From Lingula anatina (taxonomy: Eukaryota > Animalia > Brachiopoda), in NCBI GenBank assembly GCA_051362555.1, contig CM120643.1, positions 29,020,848 through 29,084,847 of the forward strand: a stretch of DNA of 64,000 bases, written 5' to 3'. This document shows, piece after piece, positions 42,171 to 55,191 of the stretch. A model generated the notes under the pieces. The model was not told the origin of the DNA. It saw only the letters and a list, made by a program, of their open reading frames with translations, and did no database searches. Position numbers and translations under genes: made by a program. Numbering within the stretch: the stretch's first letter is position 1; each line of letters starts with the position of its first letter.

Positions 42171-42224
42171 CTGATTATTTACATCTTCCTCGTATTGGAA
42201 AGCATGACTCAGACAATTCTGAAG
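42171..42224 (-). CDS. Kinase A: N-terminal 54-nt exon (LQNCLSHAFQYEEDVNNQ)
   Basis: cag|...|gtcaat, phase 0-0; open in both copies. Confidence 0.65.
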
Positions 42225-42712
42225 CTGAATATAAAACAAAACAATGTACAACCCACACACAAAGTATCAAACAATCTCCACATCGTTACGTTCCTACAGG
42301 CAGAGATCTTCACATGGTAGGCTAAACTATGCGTGGGTGTAGGGTTCGTTTTGGGGCGGGGGGGGGGGGGTAGTACCAAGGAGGGGACATGAGAAGGATA
42401 CGTACGGTGGCAATGAAAAAAGGCAAAACGGGCGAATCAAAATTAACCCTCCAACGCACGTTCCACTGTCACCTTGATTCGTTAATAACCGGGAAAAATA
42501 AGGGAAAGAACATAAATAACTTAGGACTACCGCATCATCCTAAATGTAGTCTAAATGTAGTCTACCAGAACACACGCACACACAAAATAAATAAATAAAT
42601 AAATAAAGGGCCCCCTCTTGCTCAGACAGATGCCAGTGTTCGTACCCGCTGCATGCGATATAAATACGACGTGCACTCTACGTGCAATTGTTTTTATGTT
42701 AACCTGAACGCC

Positions 42713-42759
<47 letters not shown>

Positions 42760-42761
<2 letters not shown>

Positions 42762-43030
42762 GCCCAATGGCATGGCTATTTCTTTCTTAACTCATTTTCA
42801 TGTTAACTCCGAGCCTTCAATACATGGCTTGTGGCAAATTTTGTTAACAATGACGTTAAAGCCTCATTCGATCTACGTCGGATTTACAAAGGCACAAGTG
42901 AGGGTTGTAGCACGGAAGCTATAAATTTACTAGTACATGTACTGAGTAGGCGTACCAAGTTTGAATGTTTGCATTGAATGTGATCCTAGTTCTCTTCGTC
43001 AATTATTTTATTGTTTATTTTCTGCGATTC
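42760..43030. mobile_element. Short interspersed repeat following (AAT)n/(ATT)n; other copies ~54230-54455, 57860-58085, 62030-62150
   Basis: Shared sequence with a terminal tagcc...ggcta hairpin; Helentron-like by inference. Confidence 0.55.
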
Positions 43031-43161
43031 TGTTTCACAGGCTTACCTTTTTTATTGTCTCTGTGGTACTGAGTACATGGCAAATTTACTAATTCGTTTA
43101 AAACTACTTAACCAAGTTTGATCGGACTTTTTTATTTTCTCTGTCGCTGAGCCACCATTTA

Positions 43162-43839
43162 AGGCCCTATTTCACACAGACCACGAATCCCACGAATCGC
43201 CAGGAATTGACAAATTTTAGGATTCGTGAGGATTCGTGAGATTTTGCCAATTTTCTGGTCTTATTCGACACGCTCACGATTCACTTACGATACAGGTACG
43301 ATAGTGTTACGAATATTCGTGGGATTCGGCTGGAATCGTGAGATTTTGCCAATTTTCTGGTCTAATTCGACACGCTCTACGATTCAGTTACGATACAGGT
43401 GCGATAGTGTTACGAATATTCGTGGGATTCGGCTGGAATCGCACGAATATTGTCCAGAAATTCACTACGAATTTTTGGAATCGGGAGTTCGTGGCCAAAA
43501 CTATGAACAGCTCAAAATTTTTGCCACGAATTCCCGATTGATCAAGAATTGCAAGAACTTACTACGATTATATACGAATCTGTTAAGAACTTCACGAACT
43601 GATTACGATTCAACCAAATTTTCAATTCCTGGCGATTCGTGGGATTCGTGGTCTGTGTGAAATAGGGGCATCAAAGTTTTTGCCACCCATTCCTGTTGGT
43701 CAAGAAGTGCAAGAACTGACTACGAATAGATACGAATCTGTTAAGAACTTCACGAACTGATGACGATTCAACCACGAATGGTGAAATTTGTCAATTCATG
43801 GCCATTCGTGGGATTCGTGGTCTGTGTGAAATAGGGCCT
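43162..43839. mobile_element. PIF/Harbinger-like MITE with a duplicated right end
   Basis: TIR aggccctatttcacacagaccacgaatcccacgaat; TTA TSD; absent at the paralogous site ~58217. Confidence 0.85.
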
Positions 43840-44050
43840 TTAAGGGGAGGGGACATGAAAGCAGACTAACTAATTGGGTGTATTCCCACAGGGGCCAATA
43901 CTTTAATTTTGTATACTATTTTACTTGTCCCTGATTTTAGAGGGTAGAGATTTACCAGGTTAATTAACCAGTCACGGTGAAAGCCAAGCATGGTAAGACC
44001 GTTCATCTTTAAAGTTCCTCTCAAGTTTTTCGTTTCCTACCTGTTGTATA

Positions 44051-45020
44051 AGCTACTCTTACAACCGGTCGCGCGTGTTTCTACGAGCGGTTTGCGTGCA
44101 AAAAATTGGCCAAGCAGTAAGATACACGCACGTGGAACTTCCTTTTTTGGTGGACGCAAACACGACGCAAAGCACGCAGCCCGAAAACTGGCCGGCCAGT
44201 TTTTCGCTTCGACCTGTCTGCGACAATTAGAACGCCTGGAGCACGCTCGTAGCACGCAAGACAAAAGTACTGAGAAGGTGCGCTAGGAAAGCCTGCCTTG
44301 CGAGTCGCTAGGGCTACATGAGTTGTCCTGTCAAGCAGAGACGCTAATTGCAAGGAGCGATGGCCGTGGAAATTGCACTCATTCCTTGAGTTTGTGTTGC
44401 TTCCTGCGTACGTGGCACACACTCACCACTTACGAAGGGCATGCAACGCACGGCGAAAGTAGTGCCCTTTTACGTCAGTTTTGCTTCACACTTGCCTCAC
44501 ACGTTTGTGATGACATATTGATGGCGTGCGTCAGTTTTGCTTCCCTTTTTCTGCCTTTTGGAGGCATATTATAAACTAAATTGAGCAAAAAATTTTAAAG
44601 TTTTAAAATTGTTGTACACGTTACACAGTTGACGCTCATTGTAAAGACACGAGCTTGCGGCGTGAGCACGCCTTTTATACACCAGGCATGGGGTTGACGC
44701 ACGTGCAACGCATTCAATGTGTGCTCTCGACTCTGTTCGTTAGTTGTGAGGGCGTGGGTCTTACTCAACACGCAAAAGGCACTTGCTCCTTCATTGCTTG
44801 CGACATGCGTTTTGCACAACGCACGTCTCACTTGCGCCCTTGCTGTTCGCAGGCTATTCGTAGAATCATTTGGACATGTCCAATATCCTCCGTACGTGCT
44901 CACGGGCTGTCTGCGAACTCGAAATTTCGTAAGAATGACCTGCACGGAACGTGAGATACTGCGTAAAATTTGGACGCAAACAGCTCGTGAGAGCCCGTAC
45001 GTCCGGTTGCGACCGAGGCT
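44051..45020. mobile_element. GC-richer non-autonomous DNA transposon (Harbinger-like)
   Basis: Imperfect TIRs (caaccgg / ccggttg), TAA flanks, GCACG-rich; absent from paralogous block B. Confidence 0.6.
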
Positions 45021-45049
45021 TAAGATGGCCTCGATAGATACCGCTATCA

Positions 45050-46558
45050 GGGCAGAAACCACTAAATCAACCAATCACCGACTGTTGTGTTGTTGACCAG
45101 ATTGACAATTTTTTCTGGTGAAACCAACTTGTATTCATCATCTGGGGGTTGGGGCTGGCTGCTGGACAAACTCTCTGACTGGGCCCTCCTAGGTCTGAGT
45201 ATGACGGGTGCATCAGGGTTGCTGCTGAGGGTTGTTGGTGGCCTGACAGGGGGTGGAGAGGAGGCTGCCTGGTACTCTTGGCTGGGTTTAATGTATCTTC
45301 TCACAATAGGCTCTGGAAGCTGGTCAGACTTGTTTCCTTTCACAAATACACTTTTTCTTCGTTTCTTCCAGTTACTTTTACCGTACGGCATGGTGGTAAG
45401 AAAGTTACTATACTGATTCTAGAGGCAGGGACAGGGCATTTTATAGGATCAGCTGTCCATTGTCTCTCCCAGGTGTGCAGGAAAGCAGGATACATGGCAA
45501 CAAAAGGTATGAACAGTGATTGGAAGTGGAGTTTCCTGTAAACAGCAAACTGCATGGCCCCAATGCAGGAGGGGGGTATCCAGCTTAGCAGTGAGTATTG
45601 TTCTGAAGGGAGGGGCAGGAAGCTGATTTCCTGTATCCTCACAACACACCCAAACAAACAAACATAAACAACAGTTGTGACAATTAACCTTGCACTTGAG
45701 TTTAAGTAATTTTTAGATATTTTAAAATATTTTTATTAGTAATTTTCCACTTCTCACACTTTATTTCTCAGCAAAGTGCACTTAAACCAGTGACAACCAG
45801 TTAAGATGCTTATCTCAGATTTTCACACATGTCCAGCAGCAGGTGTCCAAATTTCAAAACAATTGAAACAAATTCAGGCACAGAAATTTGCATTTAACTT
45901 TTTATCACTCATGAAATTGTGCTTTCTCACCAGGTGCAATGTTGGCTAAAGTGGCCCATACAGCAACCACATTTTCAACTTGACAGGGCTCAGTCAACAA
46001 GAGACCGTTCTCAGTCATATTGGTCGGAGCAGTTGGCAGTGTATTAAGGTTTTGATTTTTGGTGTCAGAAGGTAAGATCGGGGGGGGGGGGGTTCTGTGC
46101 AGGGCAGAAGCCACTAAATCAACCAATCACCGACTGTTATAGACGAATGTAGTTCAGTGAGAGAAAATGAGTGCTTTTTTCCATGTTTTTCTGGCATTTC
46201 TTGTGTGTTGCTAGGGTTAATTTTGGTATCAACTAGCAGGCTAGGGTGTAAACTACTGCCAGTTTTTTTTTCAGGACCAGGCACAGGTGCGATGCAGTCG
46301 TGAGACCTCTGGCGGAGGGGGCTACTGACTGTGAGTGGTGCAGTGGTTTGTTTACAAACAGAGGGGTGCACATGTTCAAGTGATGCCAGTAAGCAAGCAT
46401 AACTGATAACAGTACATTTTTTTGCCATTGGGAGTTATGTCAGTGTGTCTGCTGTTCATGGGGATGGGAAATGTTTCACAGAGTAATTTTGTTCATGCAG
46501 TTTTGCAGGCATTTCTTAGTATGGTGGTCAATGGGAAATTATTTGGTGGTTTCTGTCC
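45050..46558. mobile_element. Composite DNA transposon with 4-bp TSD (ATCA), possibly Sola-like
   Basis: TIRs gggcagaaaccactaaat / atttggtggtttctgtcc; empty site at ~58606-58612; second left terminus at 46102. Confidence 0.75.
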
Positions 46559-47234
46559 ATCAGCCAATACAGACTATCATTCAAAACGCTCATTGGAGAA
46601 CATAAAGTGTGCATTAACTGTGTGTTTTAATGTGAATAGGGACAAAAACATTGAATTCAATTTTTTGTCCTTAACAAGCCTACTACATGTATATGGGATA
46701 ACGGAAAACGGTACGAATAGAGTGCTGTTGATATTAGCGATGTAATGGGAATTTATTAAGATATGTAGTTTATGGACTATGACAACACGACTCATGTTCT
46801 GTGTCATCGCGACAGGAACATGATGATTGTAGCTATGGAGCTAGGTCAGTTTCCATTGACCTCTGACATTCAGAATATCAGTGCTGTATGTGTGACGAAT
46901 TTGTTGTCTTTATCTTTTGCTGTTACGCGAGGTAGTAAATTCGACTATTTAATATTCTTTCATGTTATTTATTTACTACCTTTCCAGTTGGTTCTCGCGC
47001 CGCTTTTTCCCATTTCTATTTCTATCTCTACCTAACACAACCTCTAACAGCCTGCTCCCGTTTACATTACACGCAGTGGTGTAAGTATTGTTTAAGAGCG
47101 TGTCAATCAACTCATTTCCTCTACAAAACTATCCTGGCTCCTTATTCAATAAAGTTATTTTGTCTTTAGAAATAAATAAAATGTTGACACGCATTAATAC
47201 GCACAATTATCGATGCACCCTGCAAAGACCTCCT

Positions 47235-47270
<36 letters not shown>

Positions 47271-48052
47271 CGGGGACAGAGGTGAGCTGTGACCTCTGAA
47301 ATTCAGAATCGCAAGCTGTGACACAAATGTGGGAGGACGAGGTCATCTTTTTCTGGTGTTTTGGAGGGCAAACGATGATCTTTGGTACAGTGTATTAATC
47401 AGCTAGTCAAATTGCTGATTTCAAGAGGGAAATATTGGTGTTATATATTTTTCAGAAACGGAAGGGGGGGGGTCAGGAAACCCCTGACCCCCCCCCCCCC
47501 CCCCCCCCCCCCCCATATCCGTCACTATGTGGTGATCATCGCTGTGGTGGGAACTGTAAAATCTTTGCTCATTCTACATTAATTGATATGTTTTTTAATT
47601 TATCGAAAGAGGCGTGCATGTAATGAAAATAATCTTTCACACAAAAAATCTTATAAATGATAATAACTATTGTTAAATGGGGAGGATTATACACAGTACT
47701 GGTATGTGATTCAATAACTGGTATTGTACCTGTAACTGAACCGTTACAATCTTGGAATTATTATAGTTTTTCTATCATGCACTATGAGGATCACGTTTCA
47801 AATTCCAATACTGAATAAAATACCACCGATTAAACACCTGTAATAATAAAAGCGTCATTTTACTCCGACAATTAAGAAGGCTCTGACAAATCATATAATT
47901 GTTGAAAAGTTGCGAAGTGCAGATTATGGTGAAAAGTAAGTCAAATGTCAACTTCAAGGTCTCAGTAAGATTGCCAGAATATGATTTACTATACAAGCCC
48001 AGTAGTAACTATGGCCAGTTTTCGAGATATAAGTTCAGTTCAAAAATACACG

Positions 48053-48287
48053 CACTGGACAATAGAAGTGTCACCCCTACTGAACCAGTTCTTTGAGGGA
48101 GATAAATGACTGTGGAATGATATGCTCCTGGTATCATTTTATTAACATCAAATTTCACAAAAAGACCAACAATACAATTCCATTGTACAGCGGTTATATA
48201 CTCATTAGTCACTTTATAAGTATACTAGGCCAGGCATTATAACTTTTATTACTTTGATTCAGGGGGTGACACTTCTATTGTCCAGTG
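48053..48287 (-). mobile_element. 235-bp MITE, an internal-deletion derivative of the Tc1 element
   Basis: Both Tc1 ends joined; inserted at TA; empty paralogous sites at ~60124 and ~62550. Confidence 0.92.
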
Positions 48288-50467
48288 TGTATATTTCCAT
48301 GTAGCATTTGTGCCTTTATTATAAAGTATGAAACTGCAAGGCACTCTTAGTTTTGTTGTACCACTCAATGAGAAAATTATTATTAAAAATATAACTTAAA
48401 AATGCAATAAGTGTAAAATTCACAATTTTCTGTGATCTTTCATTGAAAAATCCAAGTACCTAGTCCATTTGATTTAAATAAAATGTCTTTCGTTTTTAAA
48501 GCAATTTCAACTTGCCCCATTAAGAACATATAATTTTGTTGTTAAAGGAATATCTTTGTAAAAGTGTGCAACCCAAAGCAACAAAGTCTGTAACCCAAAA
48601 TAATTCTGTGGAAACACCTAATGAAATAGTTTTTTTTTTTTTATTGGGGAGTCATTGGGTGTTAGGATACAAATCCTTAATTTTTCTTATTTTTCATGTG
48701 ATTTTTTTCACCCAATTTTTTACCATCAAACTTTCAAATACTTTCAATATATTCTTCATAAAGTATCCTCAAAGAAAAGATGTCAGAATGATAATTAAAT
48801 ATCAAATAAATAGCTTTTTCATAGGGGAGTCCTTGGGTGGTAAAATACAAATCTTTTCTTTTTCATGAACATTTTCACCTGCAAAATAACAAAAAGTGCC
48901 AATGTGTCCTCCATTATGCTACAAGATCATAGTCATTTACTCAAATTAAATGAGATTTTTGGAAGTTTTTTTTTTTTTTTTTTTTGGGGGGGGGGGGAGG
49001 AGTCAAAATTTCATAGGGGGAGTCAGATTTTCATGATGAAAATCTGACTGGGGAGTCACATTTTCATAATGAAAATCTGACTGGGGAGTCACATTTTAGG
49101 GGAGTCAGATTTCATGGTACACCGGTATTGCGCGCAGCACATACCGGTAAAAAGTTTGTGAATTATTTCCAAGGGATGCAATTACTCGGTAATTATTTGG
49201 CACTTCAGAGTAAAATAGTTACAAATCCTTCATTGTCAATCCATCTAGGCAAAAAGGCAAGAAAGTAGTAGTAAGTAGAGTCGTCCACTATACACAGCAT
49301 ACTTGAGTAATTATCTGCATTATGAATTGAAATAGAAGCCTTCGCACAGTTCTTGTAAGCCCCATTAAAATTATCCTATTTTTTAAAGTCCCTTAGCAAA
49401 GTTTTAAGCTTCCCGCACACTGTTTCAGCGGATGCGCAGCAGATTCACAGTAAGGGTTTCTGCGGATGCGCAGCACGCCTCATTTGCATGGTAAAATACG
49501 CACACATCCTGCACATCCCCTACACCACAACCAGCACACTTCTTGCATACCTCTTGCATACGTCTTGCAAACCTTCTGTGTACTTCTTGCATACTTCCTG
49601 CGCATATCTTGCACACCTCCTGCGTACGTCTTGCACACCTCTTGTGCACTTCTTGCACACCTCCTGCGCACTTTCTGCATACTTTCTTGCACACTAATTT
49701 AAATATTTTATAACACAATTTAAATTTCATTAACTCATTTTTCAATCAGTTAATATTAATTCTACAAAGACAGGTTCTGAGTTACATTTAAAGACGTGCC
49801 AACAGAAATATTGTTAAATCTGTTTATCAACAACAAACAAAAAATTACAGTCATATATTGTGCTTTATTAATCAAATTAAAAAGTCGAACAAAATCAGCA
49901 AAATCCAAGCCATGTCCATATTTCTCTTCTTTACGTCTTTCTGCCACATTCCTCTTCTTTACTGACCCTGTCCTGCTCCGTCCATCTAAAAAAGAGTATA
50001 CCATAAAGTCCTACAAATTTTCCACACTGTGCACAATGCTTAACATCCAAATCTTAAACATCCATGTGGAGGACAAAAAAAAACATCAATATACACATTA
50101 CTGTTTGAGAAGTCCTAATATCAAGTGTTTATTGTTCATATAAAGAATAGGTAGAAAGGTAGGCAGAAAAAATGTCTTGGATATTAAAAAAAAAAAACAA
50201 AGTGCTAAAACAACTTTGAGGAATACTTTATATACATTCCTCACACATCTATGTTATGTTGAAATCTTAGGGTTTATGGTTGCATTCACTTTTCACTTAT
50301 TTTCAACATATACTTGTTGAATGATGTAATCAACTTGCGGTTAGTGTTGCTCTCTTTTAAAACTTACTCTGCACAGCTCTTTCAACTAGAGAATCCTTCA
50401 CAAAAGAAACTGTTGCTGGCAGTTCTTGTGGGCTGAAAAAACTCTCTAGTAACTTCTTTATCACAAA

Positions 50468-50691
50468 GACCCCATTTCCATAGATTTTAGATCGATCTTT
50501 CCCCGTGGGGAGTCTCACTAGATTACTGTCAGCTTAGCCGGCTTAAGCGTCTGTCCCGCCTACTGAAAGCTGTAAGGGGGTAATTAACTATGGTGCGCGC
50601 TCGGCTGACTGCAATTTGCGTGAACCCTCAGGGAGTAAGGTCGATCTAAATTTTTATCCCTGGATCGATCTAAATCTCTGGGAATACACCC
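50468..50691. mobile_element. MITE, same family as 8546-8756
   Basis: Colinear internal similarity; AAA flanks. Confidence 0.75.
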
Positions 50692-52008
50692 AAAGGTACT
50701 TGACTTTGGTTTACTTTGTGAGAGTTTCAATGAGCCACCAACTATAGGTATTCACAGCAAAGTGTCCCTTCCAGCCTTGTCATGCCAGCTTCTGCATGTT
50801 GTCTACTCTCTAGGATCACCAGAAATAAACAATTATTCAACAAATATCCATTTGTTCAAGTAACATAGTAAGAGACAGATTTTTTTTAAGATTCAACTGC
50901 ATTTGAAGGAACATTTTGGTGAGCAACTGAACATAGTTTTATAAGAAATGAAGAGACTAAACAGTGATTGCATTCTATATCCTCGTTTCTTTGTTTGCTA
51001 AAAGGGAAGTATACATTATAAATTATAACTTAATTAATGTAATATAGATATAATGTTTATAATGCACACTACAAATTAGATCAATTTTTTCATTTTCAAT
51101 TTGATTAGATGCCAAAATGATCCAATGCATTACTGTAATACATACCTTCCTCAATCCAATTTTTCTACACTCTGTACTCTTCCACTATGATCCCGAATTA
51201 AAACTGGCTTTATAGTAAACAGCCGGCGCCTTCACTCATTTGCTGTTTGTCTCATAAACAAAGACTTAGACAGGATACCACACATCTGATAACACCAAAT
51301 AGGTGGTTGATGTAATTGGTCTAACAATAGCTGCAGGAATAGAGACCTAATAATAGGTGCCAGGCTAACAAAAGACAGTTGTTGAATCTGTGGTTGGTGA
51401 AGTAGGGTATTCTCTAACATCAGCTAACTGTTAAACCTTAGGCTTAAAGTGTGATTGAGCATGATTTATAATAAAATGTATCTTTAAAAATATCAATTTG
51501 TCCTCGTTTCCCACCCTTTATGAGGGACACTACCATACCCTTTATGTTCACTTACTTTTACATTACATTACATTACACATATGAGGCTGGATTGAAATTT
51601 CACTTTTTAAAACAGCCAAGGTCAATTAAAATCTGACTATAAGCAAGATAAAATTTGACTAGATAAGGTTGACTTTCAATAAAATAGAAGAAATATGAAG
51701 TTAGTAAATATCATCATAAAAATACTAAAAATACATTTACTGTGTTTTTATCTTTTTGTGAAAATTAACTAGCAAAGTCAAGAATATACCAGTAGGAGCC
51801 ATGTTTAATTTACCACAACCCTAGATTTCATGACTGATTTGATAAATCCTGATAATATTCTTTTTTAATGGCGGGCATAGCATTGCAAAAGTTGTGATTT
51901 AGTGAATGAGTTTAAAGGGTTGATTAGGCATTTTTCTATTAGATGTTGTTAAACTTATATTGCCCTTGACTTATTCTCATACTTTGAGTAAGGTACACAC
52001 CATACACA

Positions 52009-53351
52009 CACTGGACAATAGAAGTGTCACCCCCTAAATCAGAGTAATAAAAGTAGGCAGATCTCGGGTAGTTATAATGCCTGGTCTACTTATAATGTGA
52101 CTAATGAGTATAAAACCGCTATACCATGGAATTGTATTGTTGGTCTATTACATGTACAGCAAATGTTATTCCTGTCTTCCTCAAATATGGCAAGATACAG
52201 GCAATTATCTAACGGTTATAGGTGCAAGTTATTAACCTGAAGAGGCGGAATATAAGCAATGTCAGAATATCGATACAATTGAATTGTTCAGTCAGAACCA
52301 TGCAAAGGGTCTGGTCTCGGTATAGAAACACTGGATCAAGAGACAAATTGCTTCTGATGGGTCGTCCAAGAAAAACTACTGGCCGTGAAGATCGACGACT
52401 GATTTTGATGTCCAGGTTGTTAAAGTTCTACATTGCTTGTCAGTTGACAACACAGTGGAACAATTTCACACATAAGCATCTGTCTGTGAAAATTACTAGG
52501 CGTTGGTTACATGCTCAGAGAGTGTACAGCAGGGTAGCAAGACTGAAATCTCTTATATCGTTACAAAACAGGCAACATAGAGTAAACTAGGGTCAACAGG
52601 ATCTGGAACTGGACAGTCCATGCCAATTGGTCCTATATATATTTTTTTCTGATGAGTGTCGCTTTTGTCTGACCTCTGATGGCAGACGGGTACGATGCTG
52701 GCAAACTGCTGCACATGCACTGAATTTTCGAACCCGGAGCAGCATATTTATTATGGTGTGGGGCTGCATCAGCATCCATGGCGTAGGCAAATTGATAGTG
52801 GTTGATGGAAACATGAATCACTAGAAATATATCAATGTTTTGGAGTCAGGTTTGCTACCATTACTAACATGTTTGGTGACAGGAATTATCCATTTGTTCA
52901 CCAGGATGACAATGCTCCTTGTCACAGGCCCAGAGCAGTTGATGATTGGTTTGACCAACATGGCATTCGCAGGGTGATGTGGCCTGCCCAGAGTCCGGAT
53001 GCAAACATAATAGAAAATGTGTGGAATGGTATGTCAAAACTTTTTACAAATGCCCGTCTAACCAGCAGAGAAACTCTGTTATATTCAGTGTTTCATACTT
53101 GGGCCATCATAAGCCCTGAACGCATCAGATATTTATATGAATCCTTGCCTCATAGACTGGCACCTATTATTAGGTCACGTGGCTATGCCACTAAGTACTA
53201 ATTTTGGACTTGAAATTGCATATTTTGGTAGAATGTATATTTTGTTCTCATTTTGTAATTTTTGTGAAATTTGATGTCAATAAAATGATACCAGGAGCAT
53301 ATCATTGCACAGTCATTTATCTCCCCCATAGTATTCTTCTATTGTCCAGTG
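52009..53351 (+). mobile_element. Tc1/mariner copy 2 with defective transposase
   Basis: Same TIRs and ORF fragments as 1039-2411; right TIR partly deleted. Confidence 0.95.
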
Positions 53352-54195
53352 TGTGTAGTTTGTTAGAACAATACAATTCATAACTAGCTTTACATAATGT
53401 TATTGATTTGTTTGTTGGACTAATTTGGCAGGATTTCTTTCTGGCCTGCGACATAAATACCCACTATAGCTCACAATAATGTATTATTAATCATAGTGTA
53501 CTTGCCACTTATATATGATAATAATAAAAATTTTATATAAGCATTGAATATTTCTAATTGATGGATATAAATTAAAATGTGTATTGAAGTATTTTGTTTG
53601 TGTAATGTCAGTGGCATTGCATATACCTGTATCTTGTATTGGTACATATTAAATAATCAAATGATAATTTTTTTACTCTAAAATAGCATACCCCGATAAA
53701 ATTAAAAGCTTGTTGTATACTCAACTCACACAACTTAAAATTTCTAAGTTTCCTGTACACTTGTTGCACACTCCTGACAAAAAATTTGAGTTTTCTGCAC
53801 ACTTATGGCAAACTCCTGATGAAATTGTAAGTTTATTGCACGCTTTCTGCACACATCTGTTGAGAAACCAAGTGTCTTGCACATTTTCTACACACTTATG
53901 ACAGAAAAATTACATTTTCTGCACACTTGTTGCGCACTCTTGATCAAATTTCAAGATTATCGCACACTCTCCGCATGCTTCTATTGAAATATCAAGTCTC
54001 CTGCATACTTTATGCACACTATCTGTACTTAGGGAAGTGTGCAGCAAGAAAGAATTTTTATCGCACACTTCTGCACACTCCCCAAAGCTGTCTACTGCAC
54101 ACTCTAAAGTGTGCCGCACATATGCAGTGCATCTGCAGCACATGTGCTGCACACTTTTCAATTTGCTTAGGGGTGCCAGCCATGCAATAATAACA

Positions 54196-54231
<36 letters not shown>

Positions 54232-54959
54232 GCCAAGTGGCATGGCTACTTCTTTCTTAACTCAGTTTCATGTGAACTCCGAGCCTTCAATGTACGCCTC
54301 ATTCGATCTACGTCGGATTTATAAAGGCACAAGTGACGGTTGTAGCCTGGAAGCTATAAATTTACTGGAACATGTACTGTGTAGGTGTACCAAGTCTGAA
54401 TTTCATCCTACGTCTAGTTCTCCTCGTCAATCATTTTATTGTTTGTTTTCTGCGGTGATATACTTCAATTCGAGAAGTTAATCATTTTCAATGTCTGAAT
54501 TGGGGAAGGTTTGAAGGAAATGTAAAAATATGATATGGCTATGGGACATTTCAAACATTGATAATTTACCATGAAACCCAACAAATATAGGGCAACATTA
54601 ATTTTCCCATTAGCTTCGGAATGACTGCATACCAGAGGCACTTATATGAAAATAAGGTACATCTACAACATTAGAAAAGCTTATAAACCGTGAGCTATAA
54701 TTTAATTATTAACATGTTGCTAAGTCTTTATGGAGCTCAGTTTATTGAGTTATAGAAACGTTGGATGGCTATTATCACAAATTGATTGTACAATAGATAT
54801 CACTGGATGGCTGGATCGAAAATTACGACTTTTAAGTTAAAATTAAAACATTAAAATGTGCGATAAATTTTGCAAAAATAGACCAACCATGCTTTACATT
54901 TTGATAAATAGGTATATAAATTATAAAATGAACCAATAATAACATTTTTATCCACTTAC

Positions 54960-55048
54960 ACTGGCAAGCCCCTGTGACAGCTGTCTTTTAGCAGCGGGAA
55001 TCTGACATTTTTTGGCCTGTTGGATAGGGTCCACCCTCTCCTTTAGGT
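54960..55048 (-). CDS. Kinase B: post-kinase exon (DLKERVDPIQQAKK...GLAS), last recognisable exon of copy B
   Basis: tttag|...|gtaagt, phase 1-0. Confidence 0.8.
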
Positions 55049-55191
55049 CTAAAAATAATAATTGTTATACATAAATATTGATATAGATATATTGAGAGGC
55101 CCATTTTCAAGTTTCAAAGAAAAGTCATTACATTGTAGAATCGTTTTCCGGGAAAAGTATTTTCGAGTTTTTATCATATGTAATTGGCTAC

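Larger units (their letters stand above)
49390..54172. mobile_element. CACTA/EnSpm(CMC)-like element (~4.8 kb) containing a nested Tc1 and a MITE
   Basis: Termini cccttagcaaa / tttgcttaggg, 2-bp TSD GT, dense TGCACAC/TGCATAC subterminal repeats at 49430-49695 and 53750-54155; decayed interior. Confidence 0.7.

Noticed and set aside
44037-45096. Many overlapping ORFs on both strands
   Set aside because: A by-product of higher GC within a non-autonomous transposon; no recognisable domain
49425-49745. Repetitive Cys-rich ORFs (QEVCK repeats) and CRISPR-like periodicity
   Set aside because: Subterminal repeats of the CACTA-like element; no repeat-spacer structure; eukaryotic context
51146-51427. 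Exon-like minus-strand segment that could be kinase B's 3' exon
   Set aside because: Multiple stops in the phase-0 frame; lies inside the CACTA-like element
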